64,000 nucleotides of DNA, from NCBI GenBank assembly GCA_041665325.1, contig JBAYJB010000001.1, forward strand, positions 61,824-125,823. The letters are read 5' to 3'. Below the pieces are notes generated by a model. The model was not told the origin of the DNA and searched no databases. It was given only the letters and a program-made list of their open reading frames with translations. Position 1 is the stretch's first letter; every line of letters starts with the position of its first letter. The stretch comes from Minisyncoccota bacterium (GTDB taxonomy: Bacteria; Patescibacteriota; Minisyncoccia; Phycocordibacterales; PALSA-1337). Position numbers and translations under genes: made by a program. Positions 26,732 through 36,532 of this stretch are shown piece after piece.

Positions 26732-29431
26732 ATGCCTCCGATCAGTAAGCTCACAACCAAGGCCCGGGAAGCCCTGAAGAGGGCCCATGAATTGGCCATC
26801 GAGCGCGGCCAGAATCACGTCAATCCAGTGCATCTTCTGTGCGCCCTCATCCTCCAAGAAGAGAGCATGGTGGCTTCCATTCTCGACAAGCTCGAGGTGG
26901 ATACCCCGATGCTCACTGACGTAGTCTTGGAGCACATCGAGTCCCCGGAAGGATCGAACGTGCTTTCACCTTCATACCAGATCTATCTCACGCCAGACCT
27001 GGCCCAGATCCTGGATAACTCTCTGCGCGTGGCCGGTACGCTCAAGGACGAATTTATCTCGACCGAACACCTCTTCTTGTCGATCTTCGACATCCCGTGC
27101 ATCGCTCGCGATGTCCTGGTACGCTTCAAGATCGAACGCGACAATGTGACCAAGATCGTCGAGGAGCTCAAGGCCAACCCGCAGACCAAGGACAATGAGC
27201 CCAAGAAGTTCCGCACCCTCTACAAGTATGCGCGTTCGCTCACCAAGCTGGCACGCGAGAACAAGCTCGATCCAGTCATCGGCCGCGACAATGAGATCAT
27301 GCGCATCATCCAGATCCTTTCGCGCCGCACCAAGAACAACCCGATACTGATCGGCGAGGCCGGCGTGGGCAAGACCGCCATCGTCGAGGGTCTAGCTCTG
27401 CGCATGTCGCAAGGGGATATCCCTGAATCTCTCAAGGACAAAGAGCTCGTCTCGCTCGACCTTGGCCAGCTCATCGCCGGCACCAAGTATCGCGGCGAAT
27501 TCGAAGAGCGTCTCAAGAATATCCTCAAGGAGATAGAGCGCGCCGAGGGCAGGATCATCCTATTCGTCGATGAGATCCACACCCTGGTCGGCGCTGGTGC
27601 CTCCGAGGGTTCGATGGACGCTTCGAACATGTTGAAGCCTGCCTTGGCCCGCGGTGAGTTGCGCGCCATTGGTGCCACCACCATCAAGGAATATCAGAAA
27701 TACATCGAGAAAGATCCGGCTCTGACGCGCCGCTTCCAGCCGGTCTTCGTCAACGAGCCATCGATCGAAGATGCCGTTTCCATACTGCGCGGCCTCAAAG
27801 AGAAGTACGAGCTCTATCACGGCGTACGCATCACCGATGATTCCATCATTGCGGCGGTGAACTTGGCCAGCCGCTATATCACCGACCGCTTCTTGCCCGA
27901 CAAGGTCGTCGACTTGATCGATGAGGCCTCTTCGTCCCTGCGTATCTCGCTCGAGAACATGCCGCCCGAGCTCGAGATCACCCGCCGCAAGATCATGCGC
28001 CTTGAGATCGAGCGCGAGGCTCTCAAGAAGGAGAATAGCAAAGAATCCAAGGCTCGCAGTACCAAGATCGAGCGGGAGGTCGCCGATCTGAAGGAGAGCA
28101 CTTCGGAGCTTGAGCTCAAGTGGAAGAATGAGAAGAACACCATCACCGATATCAAGAAGATCAAGAAGGAGCTGGAGGTCCTGCGCATCGAGGCCGACAT
28201 GGCTGAAGCCCGTCCGGACCTAGCCAAGGCCGCGGAACTGCGCTACGGCCGCATTCCAGGCCTGGAGAAGGATCTGGAGACCAGGAATAAGCGCCTCAAG
28301 AAGCTCCAGTCATCCCGCCGCATCCTCAAGGAAGAGATCACCGCCGAGGATATCGCCGGCGTGGTCTCGCGTTGGACAGGCATCCCAGTCTCACGCATGC
28401 TCGAGTCCGAAGCGTCCAAGCTCACTCGCATGGAGGCCGAGCTCAAGCGCCGCATCGTGGGGCAGGACGAGGCCGTCACCAAGATTTCTGACACCGTGCG
28501 CCGTTCGAGGGCCGGCATCGCCGACCAGAACCGGCCGATCGGCTCATTCATCTTCCTCGGACCGACTGGTGTGGGCAAGACCGAGCTTACTAAGGCTCTG
28601 GCCGAGTTCCTCTTCAATGACGAGAAGGCTCTGGTGCGCGTCGACATGTCCGAATTCATGGAGAAGCACTCCGTGTCTAAGCTCATCGGCGCGCCTCCGG
28701 GGTATGTCGGCTATGACGAGGCCGGCGGTCTGACCGAGACTATCCGCCACCGCCCGTATGCGGTCATCCTCTTCGACGAGATCGAGAAGGCCCATCCGGA
28801 AGTCTTCAATGTGCTCCTCCAGGTCCTCGACAACGGCCGCCTGACCGATAGTAAGGGACGTATCGTCAATTTTCGCAACACCATCATCATCATGACCTCC
28901 AATATCGGCGCCCAACACATCGAGCGTATGGAGAAGCTCGGCTTCGCCAAGACCCAAGGCAACCGCGACCGAGAGAACTACGCCGAAGCCAAGGACAAGA
29001 TCATGGCTTCGCTCAAGGATTATTTCCGCCCGGAATTCCTGAATCGCGTCGACGACACAGTGATTTTCGATATCCTCTCGCAGGAAGCCGTCCGCGAGAT
29101 CGTCAAGATCCAGGTGGCCGAGGTGGTCAAGCGCCTCGCCGACAAGCACATCGAGCTTATTCTCTCCTCGCCGGCTCTCGACTATCTGGCCAAGGAGGGC
29201 TACAACCCGCAGTACGGCGCTAGACCGCTCAAGCGTCTGATCCAGTCCAAGATCCTCACGCCGGTGGCCAACCTGCTCATCGGTCAGGAAGTAGCGAAGG
29301 GTGGGGCAGTCCTAGTTGGCGTCAAGGATGTCTTCGGCAAACCGGAGCTCAAGGATTTCACTTTCGAGGTGCGCAAGAAGCATAAGGGCGAGTCGCCGAT
29401 CATCGCTCACGAGGCTGTGGTGCAGAAGTAA
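26732..29431 (+). CDS. clpB: ATP-dependent chaperone ClpB
   Basis: Clp N-repeats, GEAGVGKT, coiled-coil M domain ([10 protein letters not shown]), [24 protein letters not shown]. Confidence 0.93.
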   Translation: MPPISKLTTKAREALKRAHELAIERGQNHVNPVHLLCALILQEESMVASILDKLEVDTPMLTDVVLEHIESPEGSNVLSPSYQIYLTPDLAQILDNSLRVAGTLKDEFISTEHLFLSIFDIPCIARDVLVRFKIERDNVTKIVEELKANPQTKDNEPKKFRTLYKYARSLTKLARENKLDPVIGRDNEIMRIIQILSRRTKNNPILIGEAGVGKTAIVEGLALRMSQGDIPESLKDKELVSLDLGQLIAGTKYRGEFEERLKNILKEIERAEGRIILFVDEIHTLVGAGASEGSMDASNMLKPALARGELRAIGATTIKEYQKYIEKDPALTRRFQPVFVNEPSIEDAVSILRGLKEKYELYHGVRITDDSIIAAVNLASRYITDRFLPDKVVDLIDEASSSLRISLENMPPELEITRRKIMRLEIEREALKKENSKESKARSTKIEREVADLKESTSELELKWKNEKNTITDIKKIKKELEVLRIEADMAEARPDLAKAAELRYGRIPGLEKDLETRNKRLKKLQSSRRILKEEITAEDIAGVVSRWTGIPVSRMLESEASKLTRMEAELKRRIVGQDEAVTKISDTVRRSRAGIADQNRPIGSFIFLGPTGVGKTELTKALAEFLFNDEKALVRVDMSEFMEKHSVSKLIGAPPGYVGYDEAGGLTETIRHRPYAVILFDEIEKAHPEVFNVLLQVLDNGRLTDSKGRIVNFRNTIIIMTSNIGAQHIERMEKLGFAKTQGNRDRENYAEAKDKIMASLKDYFRPEFLNRVDDTVIFDILSQEAVREIVKIQVAEVVKRLADKHIELILSSPALDYLAKEGYNPQYGARPLKRLIQSKILTPVANLLIGQEVAKGGAVLVGVKDVFGKPELKDFTFEVRKKHKGESPIIAHEAVVQK

Positions 29432-29485
29432 TTGCGGAATCACCCGAATCATATTAGAATCAACACGGGTTCGTTCAAAGCACAT

Positions 29486-29568
29486 GCGCCGTTCGGATAG
29501 CGGCTATTCCAGGGGACTGTAAATCCCCGGCCTTTTAGGCATCGCTGGTTCGAGTCCAGCACGGCGCA
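29486..29568 (+). tRNA. tRNA-Tyr(GTA)
   Basis: GCGCCGT/ACGGCGC acceptor, GGGGA-CTGTAAA-TCCCC, variable arm, GGTTCGAGTCC. Confidence 0.93.
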
Positions 29569-29588
29569 CAAATTCTTTCAATCATCTG

Positions 29589-30734
29589 TCAATCCACCAC
29601 TCTCTTTAAGGCTGCCGGGATATGGACGGCGATCTCGTAGGGGATAGTGTCACAGCGCCTGGCCATCGAACGGATGGAGTTGGCGTCGTCTGGCTCGCAG
29701 CTGATGACCGACACTTCCATGCCCACCTTGACGCCGACCACGGTGGTGACGTCGATGGTAGTGATATTCATGCTGATACGGCCAACGATCGGGCAAAACT
29801 CATTTTTGGGCCCGACCTGGATGGCGCCGATGCTCGAGAGGCGGCGGTCGATGCCCTCATAATATCCGACCGGAATAGTGGCAACCAGCATCTTCTTCTC
29901 CACCTTGAATGTCTTGCCGTAGCCGATGGTCTTGCCGGCCTCGAGCTTCTTCACGCCGGTGACGATAGTCTTCATGGCGAGCACGGGCTTGAGGTCGAGC
30001 CTGGCATTGAGGGCTGCGTTGTCGGACAGACCGTAGAGGCCGATGCCGAGGCGGGTGACATTGGCGGTGGTGCTGTCTGCGTACCGGGAGCCGTCGGTGG
30101 CGGCGGCGTGGACATATTTGATTGCAGGGAACACGGCCTTGAATGTCTTGACCGACTTATCCCAGACGCGGAGCTGGTCCTGGGTAAATGATTCGTCGGG
30201 ATTGTCGGCATCGCAGAGGTGCGTGGCTAGCCCGTCGAGCTTGATGCGGGGATTGTTCTGAAGAATATCAATGGCTGTGGGGATCTCTTCCGGCAATATG
30301 CCCTGCCTATGCATCCCTGTGTCGATCTTGATATGGGTATGGACGTCTCGACAGGTCGGAAGCAGGGCCTTGAGGGCGTCCAAACTGGCGATTGTAAAGG
30401 CCATTTCTGGGAGGTGCGACGAAGCTATCGTCTCCGGCCGAGTATAGCCGATGACGAGGAGCGGCGTCCTGATCCCTTTGGCCCGCAAGGCGATGGCCTC
30501 GAAATAAGAATCGACGACGAAGAAGGGGATGTGTCCGGCCTCCCGCAAGATGCCGGCTACCTCGATCAGGCCGTGGCCGTAGGCGTTGCTCTTCAACACT
30601 GGAGCGATCAGCGCGCCGTTCGCGTGCCCGGCGAATTCCCGTAGATTGTGGAGGAGGCGTTCTCGGGAGATGGAAACAGTGATGAGCGGCTCGTAAGGGA
30701 AGCGATGCCGCGAAAGCCAAGTAAACAATCTCAT
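29589..30734 (-). CDS. alr: Alanine racemase
   Basis: VLKSNAYGHG (PLP Lys), HIKIDTGMHRQG, GYG, GRISMN, TIPYEI. Confidence 0.96.
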   Translation of the reverse strand: MRLFTWLSRHRFPYEPLITVSISRERLLHNLREFAGHANGALIAPVLKSNAYGHGLIEVAGILREAGHIPFFVVDSYFEAIALRAKGIRTPLLVIGYTRPETIASSHLPEMAFTIASLDALKALLPTCRDVHTHIKIDTGMHRQGILPEEIPTAIDILQNNPRIKLDGLATHLCDADNPDESFTQDQLRVWDKSVKTFKAVFPAIKYVHAAATDGSRYADSTTANVTRLGIGLYGLSDNAALNARLDLKPVLAMKTIVTGVKKLEAGKTIGYGKTFKVEKKMLVATIPVGYYEGIDRRLSSIGAIQVGPKNEFCPIVGRISMNITTIDVTTVVGVKVGMEVSVISCEPDDANSIRSMARRCDTIPYEIAVHIPAALKRVVD

Positions 30735-30784
30735 GTTTGCATTATGTCTTACAATACGCTATATTACAACCTCAATTCACCCAT

Positions 30785-30940
30785 ATGTCACAAGACCAAC
30801 TGATCCAAATCAAGAATAAAGAGACCGGTGAGACCTACTGGACCCGCAAGAACCGCAAGAAGGTCGAGCGCAAGATCGAACTCAAGAAATACTCGGCCAA
30901 GCTCCGTAAGCACGTGGTCTTCAAGGAGGCTAAGAAATAA
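30785..30940 (+). CDS. rpmG: 50S ribosomal protein L33
   Basis: YWTRKNRK...KIELKKYS..LRKH.VFKE. Confidence 0.95.
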   Translation: MSQDQLIQIKNKETGETYWTRKNRKKVERKIELKKYSAKLRKHVVFKEAKK

Positions 30941-31052
30941 GCACCGAGAGAACATGACCTCGAACTGCACGGATATTTCCCTGCTGGGAAATTCCTCGTG
31001 CTCGCGCCAGTCGCGCTCGCAAGGCAGTTCGAAATCATGCTCTCTCGGTGCT
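30940..31052. repeat. 113-nt element family A, copy 3 (core 30968..31023)
   Basis: Core differs at two paired positions (TTTCCC/GGGAAA vs TTTTCC/GGAAAA); 28-bp arms with three mismatches. Confidence 0.92.
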
Positions 31053-31072
31053 ATACTAGCGACGGCACGTAC

Positions 31073-31143
31073 GGGCGATTAGTTAAGTGGCATAACTGCG
31101 GTCTCCAAAACCGCTGTCCGAGGTTCGATTCCTCGATCGCCCG
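31073..31143 (+). tRNA. tRNA-Trp(CCA)
   Basis: GGGCGAT/ATCGCCC acceptor, GCGGT-CTCCAAA-ACCGC, GGTTCGATTCC. Confidence 0.93.
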
Positions 31144-31246
31144 CATATTGACTTTAACCACTAATATGTGGTAATATACAGGTGCATTATTAAGGTAGTG
31201 TTGCTACAATAAAACACAACTTTTAAAGTTTTAAATATAAATTCAT

Positions 31247-31708
31247 ATGAATAAAACACACATCTACGCAGTGGTCGCCATGGCTCTCATCGCCACCGTC
31301 TTGATCGGCGGTTCGACTCTATTCCAGGATCTCGGTCAATCAGGCGTCGCTGGTACGGAGCCAATCGGCAACACCGGTGGCATCAGCACGGTCGCCGAGG
31401 GTACCCAGCAGGCCGCCGCGGTGGCCATGGCCGTCAAGGTCGGCCAGCCGGAGACTATCAAGTGGGATCAGACTGCCTTTCCTTCGGCCGATGTGAAGAT
31501 CCTCATCGTCAGGAAGACCGGCGTCGACCCTGTGAGCTATGAGCCAATCCGCACACTCGCGGCTTCCGCGCCGAATACCGGTTCGATCGTCTGGACTCCT
31601 TCGGCTGTCGAGCTCGGCAGTGATATCTATGTCCAGGTCGGCTGTGTCGCCTCTACCGTCGCTTGCAGCGCCACTATCTCGCCTTCGCCGCTAACAGTCA
31701 ATAAATAA
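31247..31708 (+). CDS. Hypothetical secreted/membrane-anchored beta-rich protein
   Basis: N-terminal hydrophobic helix; G...TI.W, V.I.I, PNTGS..W.P pattern; terminator at 31731..31751. Confidence 0.7.
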   Translation: MNKTHIYAVVAMALIATVLIGGSTLFQDLGQSGVAGTEPIGNTGGISTVAEGTQQAAAVAMAVKVGQPETIKWDQTAFPSADVKILIVRKTGVDPVSYEPIRTLAASAPNTGSIVWTPSAVELGSDIYVQVGCVASTVACSATISPSPLTVNK

Positions 31709-31778
31709 AGCCCAGTTTTGTGGGAACATGAGCCGCCGTAGGGCGGCTTTTGTTATGTTGGTTATCCACAGGTACACC

Positions 31779-31807
31779 TTGCAGGTGAACGATAGTTCAC
31801 CTATGAT
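31779..31807 (+). promoter_or_regulatory. Promoter with overlapping putative LexA operator (AGGTGAAC-GATA-GTTCACCT)
   Basis: TTGCAG-17-TATGAT; perfect palindrome 31783..31802 containing GAAC-N4-GTTC upstream of the lexA operon. Confidence 0.75.
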
Positions 31808-31856
31808 GTAGGTATCAAGGCTACGGCCTGAATTACCAGTTTTTAACATCATCACT

Positions 31857-32063
31857 ATGAGCAAGTACGAGATAGCTAGGTCGCTCCGCAAGGAGATCAG
31901 GAGGATCAATCGTGTCATCGATATGAAGATCATCCAGGGCCTGCCATATTACAACGAATCCCGCCGCCACAGATTCCTGACTTCACAGCTCAAGCATCTG
32001 GTGCCGGAACGGCTCGGCTGGTTCAGCCGACCGATGAGCTTCGCCAGCCTTTTCATGTTCTAA
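31857..32063 (+). CDS. Small basic hypothetical protein co-transcribed with lexA
   Basis: 68 aa ORF ending 1 nt before the lexA start. Confidence 0.65.
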   Translation: MSKYEIARSLRKEIRRINRVIDMKIIQGLPYYNESRRHRFLTSQLKHLVPERLGWFSRPMSFASLFMF

Positions 32064-32064
32064 T

Positions 32065-32634
32065 ATGAGCATGTCATCCTACAAGGACAAGATCTTCGGT
32101 TTCTATCAGGACCATCGGCGCATGCCGAGCTATGCGGAGATCATGAAGCTCGTCGGTTTCAAGTCCAAGAATGCCGTCTATAAGCTGGTCGGCAAGCTCC
32201 TCGATGAGGGGGCGGTCCTCAAGGACGCGACTGGACGCCTCATCCCGACCAACCTCTTTGGCGAGATCCCACTCCTCGGGCTCGTCGAGGCCGGTTTCCC
32301 GACGGCGGCCGATGAAGTCAATCTCGACACCATGACACTCGACAGCTATCTCGTCGAGCGCAAGGAGCAGACCTACCTCCTCAAGGTCAAGGGCGACTCG
32401 ATGATCGACGCCGGCATCCAGGAGGGCGACTTAGTGTTGGCCGAGCGCGGCCGCGAACCTCGAGTGGGCGACATCGTGATCGCCGAGGTGGACGGGGGCT
32501 GGACCATGAAGTATTACCGCAAGAAGGGCAGTCAGGTCTACCTCGAGCCGGCCAACAAGGCCTACAAGAATATATACCCGGAGCAGGATCTCAACATTGC
32601 GGCAGTGGTCAAGGGGGTGGTCAGGAAGTATTGA
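32065..32634 (+). CDS. lexA: LexA family repressor (wHTH + S24 peptidase)
   Basis: PSYAEI...GFKS, IPLLG.VEAGFP (Ala-Gly cleavage site), VKGDSMIDAGI (Ser), TMK (Lys). Confidence 0.9.
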   Translation: MSMSSYKDKIFGFYQDHRRMPSYAEIMKLVGFKSKNAVYKLVGKLLDEGAVLKDATGRLIPTNLFGEIPLLGLVEAGFPTAADEVNLDTMTLDSYLVERKEQTYLLKVKGDSMIDAGIQEGDLVLAERGREPRVGDIVIAEVDGGWTMKYYRKKGSQVYLEPANKAYKNIYPEQDLNIAAVVKGVVRKY

Positions 32635-32681
32635 CACCTGGTTGCGGGAGGCGTAGAAATAGTGCAAACCCAGAACAAACT

Positions 32682-33161
32682 ATGAAAAATAGAATAACTT
32701 CCGCGGTGGCAGTTTACGTGGTGTTGATGAACGATCACGATGAAGTCTTGCTCGCCCTGCGTGCCAATACTGGGTACCAGGATGGGGTGTGGCAGACCCC
32801 GGCCGGGCATGTCGAGATGGGCGAACTGCCGATCGAGGCCACCATCCGTGAGACCCTCGAAGAGGTCGGCATCCGGCTGACTGCGCTCGACCTCAAGCTG
32901 GTCCATGTCTCAGCCAGGCCTAAGCATGATGAGACGGGTAACCGCATCGATCTGTTCTTCCATGCCACGCATTGGGCCGGCGAGGTTGCCAATATGGAGC
33001 CACACAAGTGTGCCGAACTTCGCTGGTCTAAGCTCTCGGAACTGCCGGATAACATGACTCCGCATGTGCGGACCGGCATCATGAAGGGGCTCAATGGCGA
33101 ACTCTACTCGGAGTTCACGCTCGAACAGATGAAGAAGCTGCCCATCTACGGGCTAGTTTGA
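32682..33161 (+). CDS. NUDIX hydrolase
   Basis: LR.NTGY.DG.W..PAGHVE.GE....ATIRETLEEVGI; NMEPHKC. Confidence 0.92.
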   Translation: MKNRITSAVAVYVVLMNDHDEVLLALRANTGYQDGVWQTPAGHVEMGELPIEATIRETLEEVGIRLTALDLKLVHVSARPKHDETGNRIDLFFHATHWAGEVANMEPHKCAELRWSKLSELPDNMTPHVRTGIMKGLNGELYSEFTLEQMKKLPIYGLV

Positions 33162-33174
33162 TCCAGTTCACCCA

Positions 33175-33207
33175 TCGGGGCGGAAGCGATTCCGCCCCTT
33201 TTTGTTG
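33175..33207 (+). terminator. Intrinsic terminator, near-identical to 34663..34696
   Basis: GGGGCGGAA-GCGA-TTCCGCCCC-TTTTT. Confidence 0.85.
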
Positions 33208-33306
33208 TATATGATCTGCCTTGCTTTTTCCTTGGATGCTAAGTAGTCTGCTTACAGACAAACCAATTTAGTATAACTGAACCCCAAAACCCAAAAGGAG
33301 CACATC

Positions 33307-34647
33307 ATGCCAACCAACGGCATCTCAACAGCCTCAAGCAAGCTCATCCGTGGCAGCACCTGGTCGATCATCAAGATCGAAGGGGCGGCCACAAATCAAA
33401 ATCGTGTGGAAGGCAAGGTCACCCTGTATAACTCCTCCGACCGGTCAAGTGATGTGAACGCCTGGACCGCTGTCAGGCACGGCACTGATCAGTGGGCCAT
33501 CACAGGCCAAGGCGCGCGCATGTCTACCGGCGAGCGAGTGCGCTCGCCATTCACATATCCGTTCGTTCTTATGAAGTCTGTCAATGACGATGTGAGGGCG
33601 GAACTGTCGCACTGGATACGCATCAACGGTAAGGCTCTCTTCAAACAAGGGTCCGAGTTGTATGACAGGAGGGTGCATGCATCCTCATCGGGCAATGGCA
33701 GGCTTCCTTCAAACGGAGATCTGCCGCTTACGGACACGTTGTCCAGTCAGCAGGCGACCGCCGCTGTCAATGCAACCGGGAGACTCGAAGTCATCGAAGT
33801 GCTAGTCTCGGAGATCCAGCCGTTCGAGGGTCAACCCCGTGAAGAATTCACCAAATCCGACTTGAGAGAGATCAGGGAGAGCCTGAGGCAGGAGGGCCAA
33901 CAGCAGATCATCTTCGTCACTCCGGTCAGCGGTGTGAGGGGGAAGAGATGGGAGCTTGTCGACGGCGAGCGCCGTTACCGCGGCGCCGTGGCGGCCGGTA
34001 TCCGGACCCTGACCGCCGTGGTCAAGCGCTTCAAGAACAAGGATGAGCAATTCTGGAGCTCATTCACCATGAATTGGAATCGGCGTGATCATACCCCGTA
34101 TGAGAATATCCGAGCTGTCGAACGGGCTATGAAGTCCGGCAAGACGGTTGCCCAGATTCGCACCGCCACCGGCCGTTCGGACTGCTGGGTCTATCAGAAC
34201 CTGCAGTTGCAAAATCTGGATCGCTCACTGCGCGCGCTTATGAAGCAGTCAGTCCCCAAAAGCGACCGCATGTCGTTCGGCATCGCCAACAGGCTTTCGC
34301 GGGTGCCGAGGGCCGAGGACCAGCTGCGTATCTGGAATGTGGCCAAGCAACAGCTCACTCCCAGCCTGCGCAAGCTCAAGGTGGATCAGCTGACTGCGGT
34401 CATCCTGGACAAACTGCCTCAGAAGGGCCGTAAGCGCAAACCTAGCGATAACGGGGTGCGAATCCTGCGTTGCCTACAGACGGCCGAAGCCGACCAGACC
34501 TTCATCAGTCGGACCACGGAAGAGGACCTGCGGGCATTCATGATGAATACCACCATGGACTTCAACCGCAGCGATCTTCTTCCTCGCGTCAGGGCGGTTG
34601 CCGCCGCCTGGGTGGAGCTCGCCAAGCGGGTCAGAAAGCTCAAGTGA
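33307..34647 (+). CDS. ParB/RepB/Spo0J-family protein with long N-terminal extension
   Basis: QPRE.F, S....GQ.Q.I.V, LVDGERRYR, N..R.D.TP.E, HTH; AAGGAG RBS. Confidence 0.85.
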   Translation: MPTNGISTASSKLIRGSTWSIIKIEGAATNQNRVEGKVTLYNSSDRSSDVNAWTAVRHGTDQWAITGQGARMSTGERVRSPFTYPFVLMKSVNDDVRAELSHWIRINGKALFKQGSELYDRRVHASSSGNGRLPSNGDLPLTDTLSSQQATAAVNATGRLEVIEVLVSEIQPFEGQPREEFTKSDLREIRESLRQEGQQQIIFVTPVSGVRGKRWELVDGERRYRGAVAAGIRTLTAVVKRFKNKDEQFWSSFTMNWNRRDHTPYENIRAVERAMKSGKTVAQIRTATGRSDCWVYQNLQLQNLDRSLRALMKQSVPKSDRMSFGIANRLSRVPRAEDQLRIWNVAKQQLTPSLRKLKVDQLTAVILDKLPQKGRKRKPSDNGVRILRCLQTAEADQTFISRTTEEDLRAFMMNTTMDFNRSDLLPRVRAVAAAWVELAKRVRKLK

Positions 34648-34662
34648 CTCAGTAAGCATAGT

Positions 34663-34696
34663 TCGGGGCGGAAGCAATTCCGCCCCTTTTTTGTTG
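34663..34696 (+). terminator. Intrinsic terminator, near-identical to 33175..33207
   Basis: GGGGCGGAA-GCAA-TTCCGCCCC-TTTTTT. Confidence 0.85.
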
Positions 34697-34805
34697 ACAA
34701 GTTTTGAATACCTTGTAATGTCAGAAGCGAATCGTCCTTTGCAAACACGTCTGCATCTGGATTGAAGGTTCACTGTTAGTCAACAATAAATAGGAGATTG
34801 TTATC

Positions 34806-35525
34806 ATGAGCCCAAAAAAGCTCGATCTGTCCGCGTTCAGGATCCATGACCTCGCCGAAGCCCTCGACCAGAACTCATGTGTGATCAAACTGTGTCTTTG
34901 GGGCCCGTACCCCAATGTCGAGACCGGTTCTATCGATGACATCAAAACCATCGATGAGGCACGCAAGATGATGCGCAAAGCGCAATCCCGTGAGCGCCGC
35001 CGGCTCATCGCGAAGAAGTGGTTCGGACTGTGCACCTGCATGTCCGAGCTCCAAGGGCCATTCAGTGACTTTGGCTCTCCCGACCTCTATCATGACGACG
35101 ACCTCCGTCATTTCCGAGATACTCGCGCGAATGAGATGGCCGATAGCGCCATCAACAGTGATGATTTTGGGCTGATTTACGAGTGCTGGAGAGCCAGTCC
35201 TCACGGCTTCATCCAGGACAAGCTAACCTTGGCACTTCTCGAGAAGAGCCGTATCGTCTGTTGGGGCATGCTTGTGATCGATAATCTCGAGAAGACAGGT
35301 CGTATCCACAGCGAATCAACGCAGTGGATATACTGGGCCTTCATGCAGAAGATGGCAGAACTGGCTGACCGGAAACAGGCTAAGGAGCTTCTCGATGTCA
35401 TCCAGAGGCACCGCCGCTTCGATCACGAGAACCCGACAGTCTCCTTTCTTGTGCAGAAAGTGGCAACTGCTTATCGGCATAAGTTCTTCGGACCCATCTT
35501 ACGCGAAGGCGGCGTCGAGGTTTGA
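34806..35525 (+). CDS. Hypothetical protein (ends PILREGGVEV)
   Basis: 239 aa ORF with AGGAG RBS and downstream terminator. Confidence 0.7.
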   Translation: MSPKKLDLSAFRIHDLAEALDQNSCVIKLCLWGPYPNVETGSIDDIKTIDEARKMMRKAQSRERRRLIAKKWFGLCTCMSELQGPFSDFGSPDLYHDDDLRHFRDTRANEMADSAINSDDFGLIYECWRASPHGFIQDKLTLALLEKSRIVCWGMLVIDNLEKTGRIHSESTQWIYWAFMQKMAELADRKQAKELLDVIQRHRRFDHENPTVSFLVQKVATAYRHKFFGPILREGGVEV

Positions 35526-35528
35526 ATT

Positions 35529-35564
35529 GTTCAGGGGCGCTCCCACGGGCGCCTCTTTTTTGTT
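35529..35564 (+). terminator. Intrinsic terminator, 35/36 identical to 36533..36568
   Basis: AGGGGCGCTC-CCAC-GGGCGCCTCT-TTTTT. Confidence 0.85.
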
Positions 35565-35577
35565 ATACAATCAACGT

Positions 35578-35811
35578 ATGAAGGAAAAACTCATCACGGT
35601 GAGGGTCTCCGCTGGATCGCGTAGCGAATCTGTCGAGCGATTGGCCGCCGATATCTACAAAGTCCATGTTCGCACAGTACCCGAGAAGGGGAAGGCCAAT
35701 AAGCGCGTCCTTGAGCTTATCGCCGAGCATTTTGGCGTGGCGAAGTCGCGGTTGGAGATTGTGAGAGGAGGGGTGGGCAGGGAGAAGAAGATCAGGATTG
35801 ACATGGCCTAG
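35578..35811 (+). CDS. DUF167 (YggU-like) protein
   Basis: V.V..P.KGKAN..V.E.IA.HFGV.KS...I.RG...R.K. Confidence 0.88.
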   Translation: MKEKLITVRVSAGSRSESVERLAADIYKVHVRTVPEKGKANKRVLELIAEHFGVAKSRLEIVRGGVGREKKIRIDMA

Positions 35812-35911
35812 TTAAAATCGTATTTTAACTCCAGCTGCTCATTAAAAGAGTTGGTCAAGTTCCAACCGCTTGCGCATGAAGCGCGAGAACAGTGGCGGCT
35901 AAGGAGTACCC

Positions 35912-36517
35912 ATGAAAAATGACCTCAAGTTCAAGAAGACTACGCGTATCAGCTGGAACAGCTGGAACGACGGCACACCCGATAGAGATGCCTTTCCTGT
36001 GCCTCTGACATTGTCAAAAATACCGTTAGCGGCACGTGGATCATTCCTCGGTTTTGATATTCGCTCGTCTGTCTATCTCCACGGAGCGACCGTAGAGGCA
36101 ATCAGCGGAAAGCTTGGCAAGATCAATATAGTGATCGCTGCCCATCACAATGACAGGCCGCTTGGTGCCGGTGATCTTGTCAGTATTGCAAAGGGTTTGG
36201 CTACGCTCAACTCCGATATCTTGGAGTACCGAGGATTTCCTCTGAATAACCAAGGACCGTTCTTATTCGACTTGCGGGTTCCGAACGGCGCCGGATTCTG
36301 CGAGACTGCGGTCGAGCATGTCTCCAAAATCGTCACATTCCTTGGTGTCACAGGTGATCGTTGGTTCAGACATGCCATCAAGATTAAGCAATCGACGCTC
36401 GTTCTCGTGAAAGGGAACTGGATCGAATACGAGGATTATCTCGTCGGGAAGTTCCCGATCCGTCTGCCTAACTGCGCCGGAGAGCCCATCTTGCGTGAAG
36501 GCGGCATCGAAGCTTGA
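35912..36517 (+). CDS. Hypothetical protein (ends PILREGGIEA)
   Basis: 201 aa ORF with AAGGAG RBS and downstream terminator. Confidence 0.7.
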   Translation: MKNDLKFKKTTRISWNSWNDGTPDRDAFPVPLTLSKIPLAARGSFLGFDIRSSVYLHGATVEAISGKLGKINIVIAAHHNDRPLGAGDLVSIAKGLATLNSDILEYRGFPLNNQGPFLFDLRVPNGAGFCETAVEHVSKIVTFLGVTGDRWFRHAIKIKQSTLVLVKGNWIEYEDYLVGKFPIRLPNCAGEPILREGGIEA

Positions 36518-36532
36518 AGTGTGATTTGGATC

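Noticed and set aside
5420-31052. Family A element as a CRISPR array
   Set aside because: Copies are kilobases apart, the variable parts are inverted pairs rather than spacers between direct repeats, and no cas genes are present.
31762-31770. Perfect DnaA box TTATCCACA (near-matches around 15409, 38150 and 38189)
   Set aside because: Isolated boxes with no cluster and no dnaA or dnaN nearby; not enough to call oriC.
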